From positions 1-53,948 of the IMG/VR virus record IMGVR_UViG_3300037722_000592: DNA of 53,948 nt; one strand, given 5' to 3'. The translations under genes were made by a program, and so were the position numbers. The notes beneath the pieces were generated by a model, which saw nothing but the letters and a program-made list of their open reading frames with translations, had not been told where the DNA came from and searched no databases. How positions within the stretch are numbered: the first letter of the stretch is position 1; each line of letters begins with the position of its first letter. Of this stretch, positions 19,668 to 31,600 are shown piece after piece. This DNA comes from a virus. Its lineage: Duplodnaviria; Caudoviricetes.

Positions 19668-22600
19668 TGCGCGATACCTTTGATAGAGTAGCCAAGAAAG
19701 ACAAGGATTCCGCCGGTAAAGGCCTTGGTGAGGTTTTTGCCAGGGTAGCGCCGGAACGGACGATAGGCGATACCGCGACGGACATCGGGATCGATCTTTT
19801 AAAGGGCGCTATTTCTGTGCCTGAATCTTTCGTGGGCCTAGCCGATATACCAACCGGCGGCCGCGTCGGGAAAGGACTTGAGTCCATTGGTTACAAACCA
19901 GCCGAAGCCAAAGAGATCCTTTCCGACCAATACTCCCCAGCCAGAAAAGCAGCGGGCCAAAAAGTCAATGAAGCGCAGGGCTTAGTCGATACAGTGTCCG
20001 CTGCCATTCAAAACCCCTCAGTGATCGCCAGTGGGGCGCTTGAATCTTTGCCTTTGATGGGTGCTGGTGGTGTGGTAGGGCGCGGGCTTGGTATTCTCGG
20101 TAAAGCCGGGAAGATGTCGGGGGTCTTGCGCGGGGCCGTTGGCGAAGGCGCTGTGTCAGCCGGAATGACGGCCGAGCAGATCAGGGGAGAGACTGACGAT
20201 AAGCTTCTGTCCCCGTCACAATCAGCCCTTGCCGCTGCATCAGGCGCAGCGACGGCGCTCTTTGCGCAGCTGGGCGGCAAGCTGGCCCAGAAAGCTGGAA
20301 TTGGCGACGTAGACACATACCTCGCCCGGCTCCCCGGGGAAGAGGCTAAGAGGGTCAAGAAGAACCTAGTCCGCCGTGCTGTTGAGGGTTTTGTCTCTGA
20401 AGGCGTCTTCGAAGAGCTTCCGCAATCGGTCCAAGAGGAAATCGCCCAGAACGTGGCGCTTGGCAAGCCCGCCTTTGAGGGTGTTGATCAGGCGGCCGCC
20501 CTCGGCATGTTGTCCGGCGGCTTGATCGGCGGTGGCTTTAATGCCCTGAACTCTGCCGGGACGGACACCCCCGCCGACGAATCAACTCCCCCCGCCGATG
20601 TACCCGCGAAACCGCCCGGGCCGTTAGCAAACGCGGCGGCGGCAGGCGGGATCCCCGGCCTCGGCGACACCCTCCGCACTCATGCCTTTGTGCCGGATGA
20701 CCGGCGGGGACCAGAAGCGGCCAGGTTGCGAGCCCGTGACGAAACCAAGGCCCAGTTTGAAGACAACCTGGCGGGGCTTAACACTCGAAGCCGGGGTATC
20801 CCTTCCTCCGCATCCCAGTCAGCGGAAGTATTCGCCGCCGCCGGGCCAACCGAACTGGAAAAACAGGTGGCGCTCCGCACTCAACGCGAAGCCGAGCTTG
20901 AACAGACTTTTAGTTCCCTACAAACCGAAGAGCAGCAGACAGCCAATAGGGACAAGGCCAAGGATGAAGCCGGTCTGGACCCGATCCATAATCTCCGGAC
21001 TGAGATCAAGAAACGCGGCGGCCTGAACCTTGATAACCTCAAGGTTGACTACGACAACGAGACCACCAAGGCCTTAATCAAGAAACTGCCGGGTATCGTC
21101 AAGAGAGGCGGCGCAGTAGAGCTTGACGATATTGCCGATGAAATGCGGCATTATGGTTATAAATCAGCCGACGATCTTCTCCGCGCCTTAGTTGAATCGC
21201 CGACCAGACGCGAAGCCGAAGCTAGGGCGGTGAAGGGTATCGATGCGGGCTACGGCCACGATAACCGCTTGAATGAATCCGCTGACGAACTGGACAGCAA
21301 GGGCTTTGAACCGGTATTTGCGCAGCGCCCGGCCGTGGACCTTAACCTTGGCGACAAGGTAGTGACTGGGCAGGATGCCAATCTACCGGCCGATGAATAC
21401 GAGGTTAAGGGCGAAACCAGCGACGGCCGGATTATCCTAGAGGATGGGGTAAGGCGCGAAGTCGATGCCTTCGATGCCCTTAATATTGAAGGGATTAAGC
21501 GTTCCGGTAAACAAGGATTTGGTGTTCCTGGAGCTGTCGAACCCTCGGCGCCTGTCCGCCAACCTGGCTCCTCCTCCAGGGAAAGCAAGGGCGTCGGGGG
21601 GGATTCTTCCCCTGCCTCCACGGAACAAGTCACCAACCCGGCCTCCACGGCCCACGGCCAGGAAGTCAACACCTCGCCCTCCGAGCCGATGAAAAAGGCG
21701 GAAAACTACAAGAAGGCGCATGTCAATGTTGACGGCCACCAGATTAGTATTGAAAACCCGGTAGGCTCAATGCGGTCCGGCCAGGATGATGCGGGCAAAC
21801 GCTGGGAGCAGGAACTGAAGGCGGATTACGGCTACTTCAAGGGCACCGTTGGTTACGACAAGGATCACGTTGACACCTTCATCAAGCCTGGGTACAAGGG
21901 CGGCTCGGAAACGGTCCATATCGTTAACCAGCACAAGAAAGACGGCAGTTTCGATGAACACAAGGTAGTGATGGGCGCTGACTCCAGTGCTGATGCCCTG
22001 GCGGTTTACAACCAGAACTATGAAAGCGGCTGGACCGGCGGCAAGTCGGTTGTGGCTATGCCGGCGGTCCAGTTTGGCAAGTGGGTCAAGTCTGATGCCC
22101 CGAAGACCGGGGAGTTGTTGGACGGCGAAGCGCGGGGGCTGGCCACCATTGAGCAGATCAAGGCCCTGATCCCGGCCAAGAAACACAGCATGATTCGCGA
22201 GCAGCTGGCCGAAGTGGAAGAGCTCTTGGCCGAAGGCGCCCCGGGATACACTGTCGGGCAGTGGGCCGAAACCCTGGCCGACCTGGCCGATAACCAGGAA
22301 AAGTGGAAGTTTGGAGACAAGAACGCAGACCGGCCGGCGGCGGAAGCGATCATCGGGCAGGTGGACCCAGCCGGTCAGTATGGTATCTCCTATGATTTCA
22401 AGCAGCGCGGCGGCTGGGCCTTCACCATTCGCGACCTGAACGGCAGAGTCAACGGCGAACCGCTTGGCGAAAAGGATATGGACGGCACCTTTACCCGGAT
22501 ATCAAAATCAATATTCCGTTTAACGCCGAGTGAATTACTAAAGGAAATCGCCAAACAACAAGATGCCTTTGGCATAATTGATGGGGGTGCTACCAGTGAC

Positions 22601-25600
22601 AGTGAAGAAGACACCAATTCCCAAGACATCGGACCTCAAGCAGACCGTGATGCAAAGCGGGGCAAAACCGAGCCGGAAGCTGGCGCTTTTACACCTGATG
22701 AAAGCGAAGTACGGCCGCAAGAAGTAACTGGCGTAATCAAGGCGAAAGATGTCTACGGCAACACCCATTACATAAGCCAAGCGCAGCTGGATAGCGGCAA
22801 AACCCTGTTGCGCCGCTTGAACAAGAAAGGTGAGCCGCTTGAGGTTGAAAACACGCTTGTACATCGGGACAATATTGACCTGACCGGCGGAAAAACAACA
22901 GCCGCGCACAAAGGCGCTCTGTATATCGCAGGCAAGGAAGATAAGGGGTATGCCTCCCCTGCAATGGCCGAGCAAGGGATTAAGCGGCTGGGGCAAGACA
23001 TCGATGATTATACCATTGAAGAGGTGGGCGGGCGGTATGTGGCCATTCACAAGAAAGTTTCTGGTGGAAACCAAAAGGGAGCCAATGGAGATGTTCGCAC
23101 CGGTAAAAGCCAGCCTGATCAGGAGGTACAGGTTGCCGATGACGGCGACCAATCAGCAGATTCTGGACGCGATGGCCAGGGAAGACAGGCAGAACTCCGC
23201 ATCGAAGAGCTTTCCGAAAAGGCCATTATCATCAAGGGCAATACCCGTGAGCATAAAGACCGAATCAAGTCCGCCTCGCCAATCCGTGCTTTGTGGAATA
23301 AAGGCAAGGGTGGCTGGGTTTTTCCAAAGAATCGGGAGGCTGAGATCCGCGAGAGTTTGAAGGACCTTCTTGGAGAAGAAGCGAATACCCAGCCGAGCCA
23401 GCCCGGCGAATCGGCTGCTACGGATCGATCTGTGGACTACTCTTGGGCTATACGGGAACCCCCCCCGCAGGTATCGGCCCCTATGGTGATTGAGCCAAGG
23501 GTGACGGTATCATACCGGGGCAGAGAGTTGTCGGGTAAAGGCTACGCTGTCCCTGGAATCGAGGGCCTGGCTGTTAAGGTGGTCCCACCGAATGGCAGCA
23601 AGACTGACAGCACCAAAATGGGGTGGTCTGTTTGGGTGGGGGATGATCTTGTCTATGTGAATCCGCCAACCGTTCGTGCAACCGAACATTTGGACACCGC
23701 CCAAGAAGCGATCAAGGTTGCCACACCAAAACTGCGCCGGATATTTACGGCGATGCAGCAAGGCGGCTTTTCGGGGGTCGCACAGGCAACAGGTGATCAA
23801 CAGCAAGAGGCTGAAAAACAAACCCCGGACGCCTCTGACACAAGCGCACCATCTGGGGCCACTTCTTCCCCGAACCAACCCTTTGTTGACGCCATTGCCA
23901 CCAGAATAGAAGAGTGGGTCTCTACCGGGACAAACGGCGGGGCGCGAGCGCTTGACCGCCAGTGGGAGCGCGGGGCAGTCAAGCGCTTCTACGATTCCTA
24001 TCTAAAGGGGTCCTTCGCCGGTAGCAAAACTGGCGAGTGGGCAAGCGCCAAGGTTGCGGCAGGCAAAGCTGATAGCTTCGATGGGCTGAAAGCGGCTCTG
24101 GCAAAGTTGGTAGCCGTTAAGCCCGCGCCATCAACGCCAGTTATTCCGCAAAAAGAACCGTGGCAAATGACAAGAGCGGAGTATCTTGCGGCACCAAAGA
24201 CTGGAGATAAATACGACGGCGAAGCTTTCCGGTCCGGGAGACATTCTGAATCGGTAAGAAGGGCGATACAAAATAACGAATCGGTTCCAGTCGAAGTCCT
24301 GGCTGATTATCCAGGCCTGCAAGTAAAGGAAACCCCGGAATCTTTAACCAAGCAACCCGTTAAGGAAAAGGACACCCCGAAAGAACAAGAGGTTAAGCTG
24401 AAAGAACAGCTGAAGGGTTTCGGTGAGTCAAACAAAAAGTTTACCGCCGCCGACGCCGAAGAGGCTCGCCGCATCATGCGCGAGCAGCTGGGCCAGCTCA
24501 ACATGGGCCTTAACCCCGAGATGCTCAAGGCCGGGATTACCCTGGCCGGCTTTTATATCGAAGGCGGCGCCCGCTCTTTTTCGGACTATGCCAAGAAGAT
24601 GGTCGCGGATTTCGGCGACGCAATCAAGCCGCATCTCCGCCAGTTCTACGAAGCTATCCGCCAGGAGCCGGACTTTGACACCTCGGGGATGACCACCTAC
24701 GCCGAGTTGGAACTCCGGAAGGATGTGCCTGCGGTTGAGAGCACGCCAGATCCCAAGTCACTGGATGCGGTTGCCGACTATGAAGTGATCTTTGCCGATG
24801 AAAACCTGCGGTTTCAATTCCAGGACGAGCTTGACGACCTTTTCAACCACAAGATATTGGCGTTGGCCCGAGCATTAAGGGATCGCGGCTGGACGATGGA
24901 TCGTTCCATCGACAGGCTTTCCAAGGATGGGAAGCGGGCCGAAGTGGAGTTGACCCAGGTGGGTGCCGGGAAAAACGTGGTTGGCCTTTCAGTCAACGGT
25001 GTCCGGGTAGAACCAGGGGTGAATACGGCTGATACAGCCAATCGGATTGATGCGACCCTTGCGGCTGGATTTGACAAGGCGCAAGAGAAAGCCGATACTG
25101 AAAGCAAGGAGGCCCGCGATGATACAGAGCCACAGGGAAGCAATGAAGGCAATGGGGGCGCCATACGGTCACTCGCCCCTGCAACTTCGCAATCTGGCGA
25201 TCAAGCATTGGCAGGAATGGCTGCCGAAGATGGCGGCGACGCTGGCCAAGGAAAACAGGCTGATCTCTTCGGCGCTGGCCGCGGCCGAAAAAGTGCAACG
25301 CGGGATAAGCGAGCAGATGGCGGCCGGGATGCAGCACCACGAAGCAAAAGAGCTGATGCTGAAACGGTACATCCTCCTGGAGCCGGAGAGCGAAGTTTTG
25401 GAGAGCCTGGAACAGGAAGGGTAGAACCGGCCGCAATCCCCGGCAAAAACTTCAAAATCACCAAAGACCTAAAGCTTGGCGAAGGCAGTGAAGAGGTCAA
25501 GTTCCAGGATAACCTCGCCGCCATCTCCACTCTGAAACGGATTGAAGGCGAACAGCGCCGAGCTACCGCCGAAGAGCAACGCACCCTGGCCCGCTATGTC

Positions 25601-28600
25601 GGCTGGGGCGGCCTGGCCAACGCCTTCGCCAATCCGGTCACCGGCGATATCAGGGAAGGCTGGCAGGGCAGGGTTAAGGATCTGGCGGGACTGCTTACCG
25701 ACAACGAGCTTACCGTCGCTCGGAACAGCACAAAGGCGGCCCATTACACCAGCGAAGCCGTGGCCAGCCAGATGTGGGAGGCGGTTAAGCGTCTTGGCTT
25801 CAAACGCGGCAACGTCCTGGAGCCGTCAATGGGGATCGGCAACTTTATCGGCCTAACCCCGGAAGGCGTCACCGCCAACGTGATGGGAATCGAGTACGAC
25901 CCAATCACCGCCCGAATCGGCAAACTCCTGTACCCGCAAGCCACCGTAATCCATTCGGGCTTCCAGCAGGTACCGCTCCCGGAAGGCGTTTTTGACCTGG
26001 TAATCGGCAATCCGCCGTTCGGGCAAGAATCCCTGAACTTTCAACACTCCCCGCACTTGAACCGCCATTCCATCCACAATCAGTTCTTCCTGGCCGGGAT
26101 CGATGCCTTGCGGCCCGGCGGGATCCAGGCCATGGTGGTATCCAGGTACTTAATGGATTCCAAGGATTCCGGCGCTCGCGACGCTTTAGCCGCCGAGGCC
26201 AAGCTACTGGGCGTGGTCCGCCTACCCGAATCCGCCTTCAAGGAAAACGCCCGCACCGATGTGGTCACCGATATTATCTTTCTGCAGAAGAAGACCGAGG
26301 AGGAAATCGCCGCCACCGAGAAAGAAGAAGCGCCGGCCTGGACCAAGAGCACGGAAATTGAAGTCAACGGCGAACAGATTGCGGTTAATAAGTATTTCCA
26401 GAACAACCCCAGGGCCGTGATCGGCACAATGACCACAGCCAGTTCCCAGTTCAGCGGCGCATCATTGGTTGTGAAACTGGAAAAAGGCGCCGACCTTGCC
26501 AAGCTGATCAATGAGCGAACCGGCCAGATTCTGCCCGCCGGAGTCTTTACCCAGGAGAGCACCGCCGACCAAGCCCGAGACCATTTCGAAACCATGCGCG
26601 ACGGCATGGAGATCGCCCTGGCCGGACATGAAGACGCAAGTATCGCCTTTAACGACCTCGGCGAGTTGGTCCAGGTCCACGAGCGGGAGACGGAAGGCGG
26701 CGACTTTGTCCTTGCCAAGCGGGTTATTGGTGTTGGCTCGCCCTGGTCGCCGCATCTTGCCATGGACAAAGACGGCAACTGGTTCAGGGAAGTCGATAAA
26801 CTGGACGAAAAGGGCAACAAGATCAAGGTTGCCGACGAGAACGGCAAACTCACCAAGCGCAACGCCAAAAAACGGCAGGTCTTCAAAGACGTAGCCGAGA
26901 TTCCCCAAAGCATGACGATGAGCAAGCTCGATTACGGGCGGCTCAGGGATGCGGTCTCCTTGCTTGACGAACTGGTGGCGCAGGTCAATCTCGAAATCAG
27001 CGATGCCCCCAGCCTGGAGATCGAAGGAAATCGCAAGCAGCTCCGGCGGGCCTATGACGCCTTTGTCAAGAAACACGACCGGGTAAATGCCCCGGTCATC
27101 AATAAACTGATCAGTGACCTTCCGAACGGGCCGCTATTGATGGCCCTGGAGACTGTCTATAAGCCGCCTATCAGAAAGGACCGGGCCGAGAAGCTAAACA
27201 CCAAGCCACGGCCGGCCATTGTCAAGGAAGCGGCTATCCTGGATGAACGGGTGGTTTTCCCTTACGAGTCCCCGACTTCGGTCGAGTCAGCCAGCGATGC
27301 TTTGGCCGTGGTGCTGTCTGAATCGGGCCGAGTCGACCTTGGCCGGGTGGCGGATCTGCTCGGCCAAGGTCAAGATGAGGTTATCAAGGCCCTGCACCAT
27401 GAAGCCGAAACCCCGTTGATCTTCCTCGATCCTGAAACCCAGGAATGGGAAACCGCCGATGAATATTTGGGCGGCAACGTGGTAAAGAAGCTGGCGGCGG
27501 CCAAGGGGGACAGCGGCTATCCCAAGAACGTCGACGCCCTGGAGGCCGTGCAGCCGAAGGCATGGACCGCCGACCAGGTAACGCCCACCCTGGGCTCCAC
27601 CTGGATTCCCACCGATGTCTATGCCGGGTTTATTGCATCCCTGACCGGCAAGCCGGCGAAGGTGAATTTCTCGCCGCTGACCAATACCTACGCCGTTCAG
27701 GGCGAAGGCGGGACCCCAAAGGCCCAGAACTGGAATACCCCAAAGCGGAACGTGGTCGAGATTATCGAGGCGGTTCTGAACAGCCGGCCGATCCGGATCA
27801 CCGAGACTATCGGCTACGGCAGCGAGAAACGCACCGTTACCGACCAAGACAACACCGACCTTGCCAATGAAAAGGGCGAGGAAATTCGGGAAGCGTTTGA
27901 TGACTGGGTTTTCCAGGATGCCGGTAGACGCAAGCAGCTGGTGGATATCTTCAACCAAAAATTCAACGTCCGGGTTGTGAAGCAGCGGGACGGGCAGCAT
28001 CTCAAATTGCCGGGCAAAGTGCCGGATTCGGTAATCAAGATGCGGCGCCATCAGCTCAACGGGATCTGGCGCGGGATTGTCGACCGCTTTGTTCTCTATG
28101 ACCACGCAGTTGGCGCCGGCAAGACCTTTACCGGCATTGCCCGGGCCATGGAACGCCGCAGAATGGGGCTGTCCCGTAAGCCGCTGGTTGTGGTCCCGAA
28201 CCATCTGGTGGAGCAGTTCGCCGCCGATGCCTACAAGCTCTATCCTGGCGCCAAGGTGCTGGCGGCAGGCTCCAAGGATCTAAACCCGAAAAAACGCCGG
28301 CGGATGTTGGGCAAGATCGCCACCGGCGAATGGGACCTGGTGATTATGCCGCACTCTTCTTTTAAGTTTGTGGGGATTTCACCGGATACCGAAAGCCGTT
28401 TCCTGGAAGAGCAACTTCGTTTGGCGGAACAGGCCATTGCCGAGGCGCAGCAGCAGGCGGAGGAAGACGGCCTGGCCGGACACCGGAAACCGATCACGGT
28501 CAAGGAAGCCGAACGGCTCCGGGACACGATCCAAGGCCGGCTCGACAAACTCCGGACCAGGGGCAACAAGAAAGACCGGATGCTGAGTTTCGAACAGCTC

Positions 28601-31600
28601 GGGGTCGATGATCTGACTATCGATGAAGCGCACGAATTCAAAAACCTGTTCTACCACTCCAAGCTATCGGTCCGGGGGATGAACCCGAAAGAAGGCTCGG
28701 CCCGGGCCTACGATCTGTGGACCAAGGTGCGGGTGCTCCAGGAAAGCAAAACCGGCTCGGTTGCCTTTATGACCGGCACCCCGATCTCGAACAGCGCCGT
28801 CGAGATGTATGGCTTGATGCGTTATCTTGCGGCCGACGTGCTGGCGGATATGAACCTCGAACACTTTGACGCCTGGCGCTCTCAGTTCACCACGGTAACC
28901 ACCAAATATGAACCGACTGATAGCGGGCGCGGCCTCAAGGAAGTTAACCGGATCGGCCGGGACTGGTCGAATATGCGGGCCTTGATGGACGCCTACTACA
29001 CCTTTTCCGATTCGGTAAGCAACGGGGATATCCAGGCCTGGTACTCGGAAGACAACGACGGGGCCAGGTTCCCGATTCCCGAAGTAAAAGGCGGAGGCCG
29101 GCAGCAAGTCAATGTTGCCCCCACCGAAGCCCAGGAGCGGATCATTCAAGAGGTTGTAGCCAGGTACGAAGGCCTTGACGGGATCAAGGATGTCAAGGAG
29201 CGCAATAAAGAGCGCCTGCGCCTGATGGACCGGGCACGGAAGGTTTCCCTCGATGTCCGGGTAGTTGACCCTGCGACCGATTCAAAAGAAAGAGGGGGCA
29301 AGCTTGACGCCGTAGCCCGGCAGGTCCACCAGATATACCACGAGTGGCGCGAAGACAAGGGCACTCAGCTGGTCTTCCTCGACCGCAGCGTCCCAAAAGC
29401 CAAGGGTGATGCCGGGAAGATCCAGAAGTACGATGCTTTGCTCCGTGATCTGGAGGCTGCCGAGCGCAAGGGCGATGACGATAAGGCCCGGGCGGTGATC
29501 GGCAAGTTGGAGAAATACGACTACAACGAGATGCAAGAGCTGAAGATAGCGCAGACCGGGAGCTGGAACGCTTACCGGCAGATCAAAGAAAACTTGGTCG
29601 GCCTGGGAATCCCGGAAAACGAAATCAGATTTATTCAGGAAGCCAATACCGACGAACAGAAGAAGACCATGTTCGACGAAGTGAACGCCGGCCAGATCCG
29701 GGTCTTAATCGGGTCTACCCCACGGCTGGGCGCCGGCACCAACGTCCAGGAACGGCTGGTGGCCCTGCACCACGTTGACGTTACCTGGAAGCCATCCGAT
29801 ATCGAACAGCGCGAAGGGCGGATTATCCGGCAGGGCAACAGCCTGTTCGCCAAGTACGGCGAATCCTTCAAGGTCATCATTAACGCCTACACCACCGACA
29901 CTACCGTTGACCAGCGGCTCTGGGATCTCAACGCCACCAAGATGAGAATGATCAACGGGATCCGGAAATACAACGGCGACTTCAACATGGAGTTTGTAGA
30001 CGAGGACAGCGTGAGCATGGCGGAAATCGCAGCCCATGCCTCCGGCAACCCCCTGCAACTTGAACGGGTCCAGCTGGCCGCCGAGATCGATCGCCTGAAC
30101 CGGTCAAAACGCTCATTCGCCCGGCAGCAATGGGGGCAGAAAGACGCCTTGGAAGAGGCTGAAGCCAATATCAAAATCTTGCCGGAGACCATCAAGGCCC
30201 TGGCGCCGGAGGCGGAGAAGATAGCGGCGGAGATTGCCATGGTCGCGGAAGAGGTTAAGAGCCGGACGGTCACCATCGACGGCAAGGAATATGACCGCGG
30301 TCCTTGGGGTTCTAATGCCCACGATGCTTTGGCCGAGAAACGGGACCAGGCCAAAAAGAAGAAAGAGAAGTTTGAAGCCGATATCAACGGCAAGGTCTTT
30401 ACCTCTTTCCAGGACGCCAGCGCCGCGATTGATGATGTAATGGGAGACGGCGCCAACTTCGACGTGGAACTGGACGGCGAGAAATTCATCCGCCATCGCC
30501 GGGCCATAGGGAAGGTGGTCGAGCTTGCCAACGCGGTGATCGACAAGGAAGGTAAGGGGGCGGAGGTTGACTACACGCCGCTGGCCAAGATGCGAGCCTA
30601 CGGGGTCGATATCGATTTGGCCATACAGGTTGTCGACGACGGCAAGGGCCGCACCATCGAATTCCATTTCACCGGCAAGAAAGAGGCCAACGGTCAGCCC
30701 TTAACCTTGGTCCGCAGTATTTACGAAGCCAACCTTGGCGTTGACTATTACGCCCACAGCGCAATGTACGGCATGTTCAGCCGGCCGCTGAACGATGTAA
30801 CTTCGATCCCGAACCGGCTGAAGCAATCGCGCAAGAGGTTGGCGGAAGCCAAGGAGATGGCGCCGGAGCTGCGCAAGCTGGTCGATAAGCCATACCCCAA
30901 AGAACAGGAGCTGAGCGACAAAAAAGACCGGCTCAATGCGGTGGAGCAAGAGCTATCGAATTCGGCCGCCCCGAGCAAAGGTAAAACCACCGACGACGGC
31001 GAGGTCAAATTATCGCAATCATCCTCCCCCAGATCGGGCCAGCTGTCGACCGCGAGAACCCTGCAATCCATCGTGGACAGCTATCTGACCAGCAGCGGCC
31101 GGCGCGACCTGCAAGTGTCTGTGGTGCAGACCGTCGACCAGTTGCGGGCCGGCCTGGTTTTATCCGAAGGGGTAAGCGGCAACGTGGAGGGGGCCTTTGA
31201 TCCCCAGAGCGGCAAGGTCTTTCTGGTGGCTGACAATATCGCCACCACGGAGGCATGGGGCCGCATCCTGCATGAGATCACCCATAAAACCAGAGCCGAA
31301 CAGGGCTGGGGCGGGGTGTTCGGACGCGAAGCCGAGACCATCCTGAACGAAATCGACAAGCGCCTCGCCGCCGGGGCAACGGCCTGGAAGAAAGCCGAGC
31401 AACAAGCCAGGCAAGCCAGAACCTCCGCCGAGAACCTGCGGGAAGAAACTATTACCTACTTCCTGGCCGAACAGGCCAACAGCAACCAATCATTATGGCG
31501 CCGGATCGTCAATGCCATTCGGGCCTGGGCGGTGCGAGTCGGCCTGAAGCGCAAGGTCTCCGATGCGGATATCGTGGCCCTGGCGGAGAATTCGGTGCAG

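Noticed and set aside
21520-21627. tRNA or tmRNA gene (GGTTCGA and 3' CCA on the - strand)
   Set aside because: No proper D arm, anticodon arm or T-stem spacing; kept only as a generic structured-RNA candidate.
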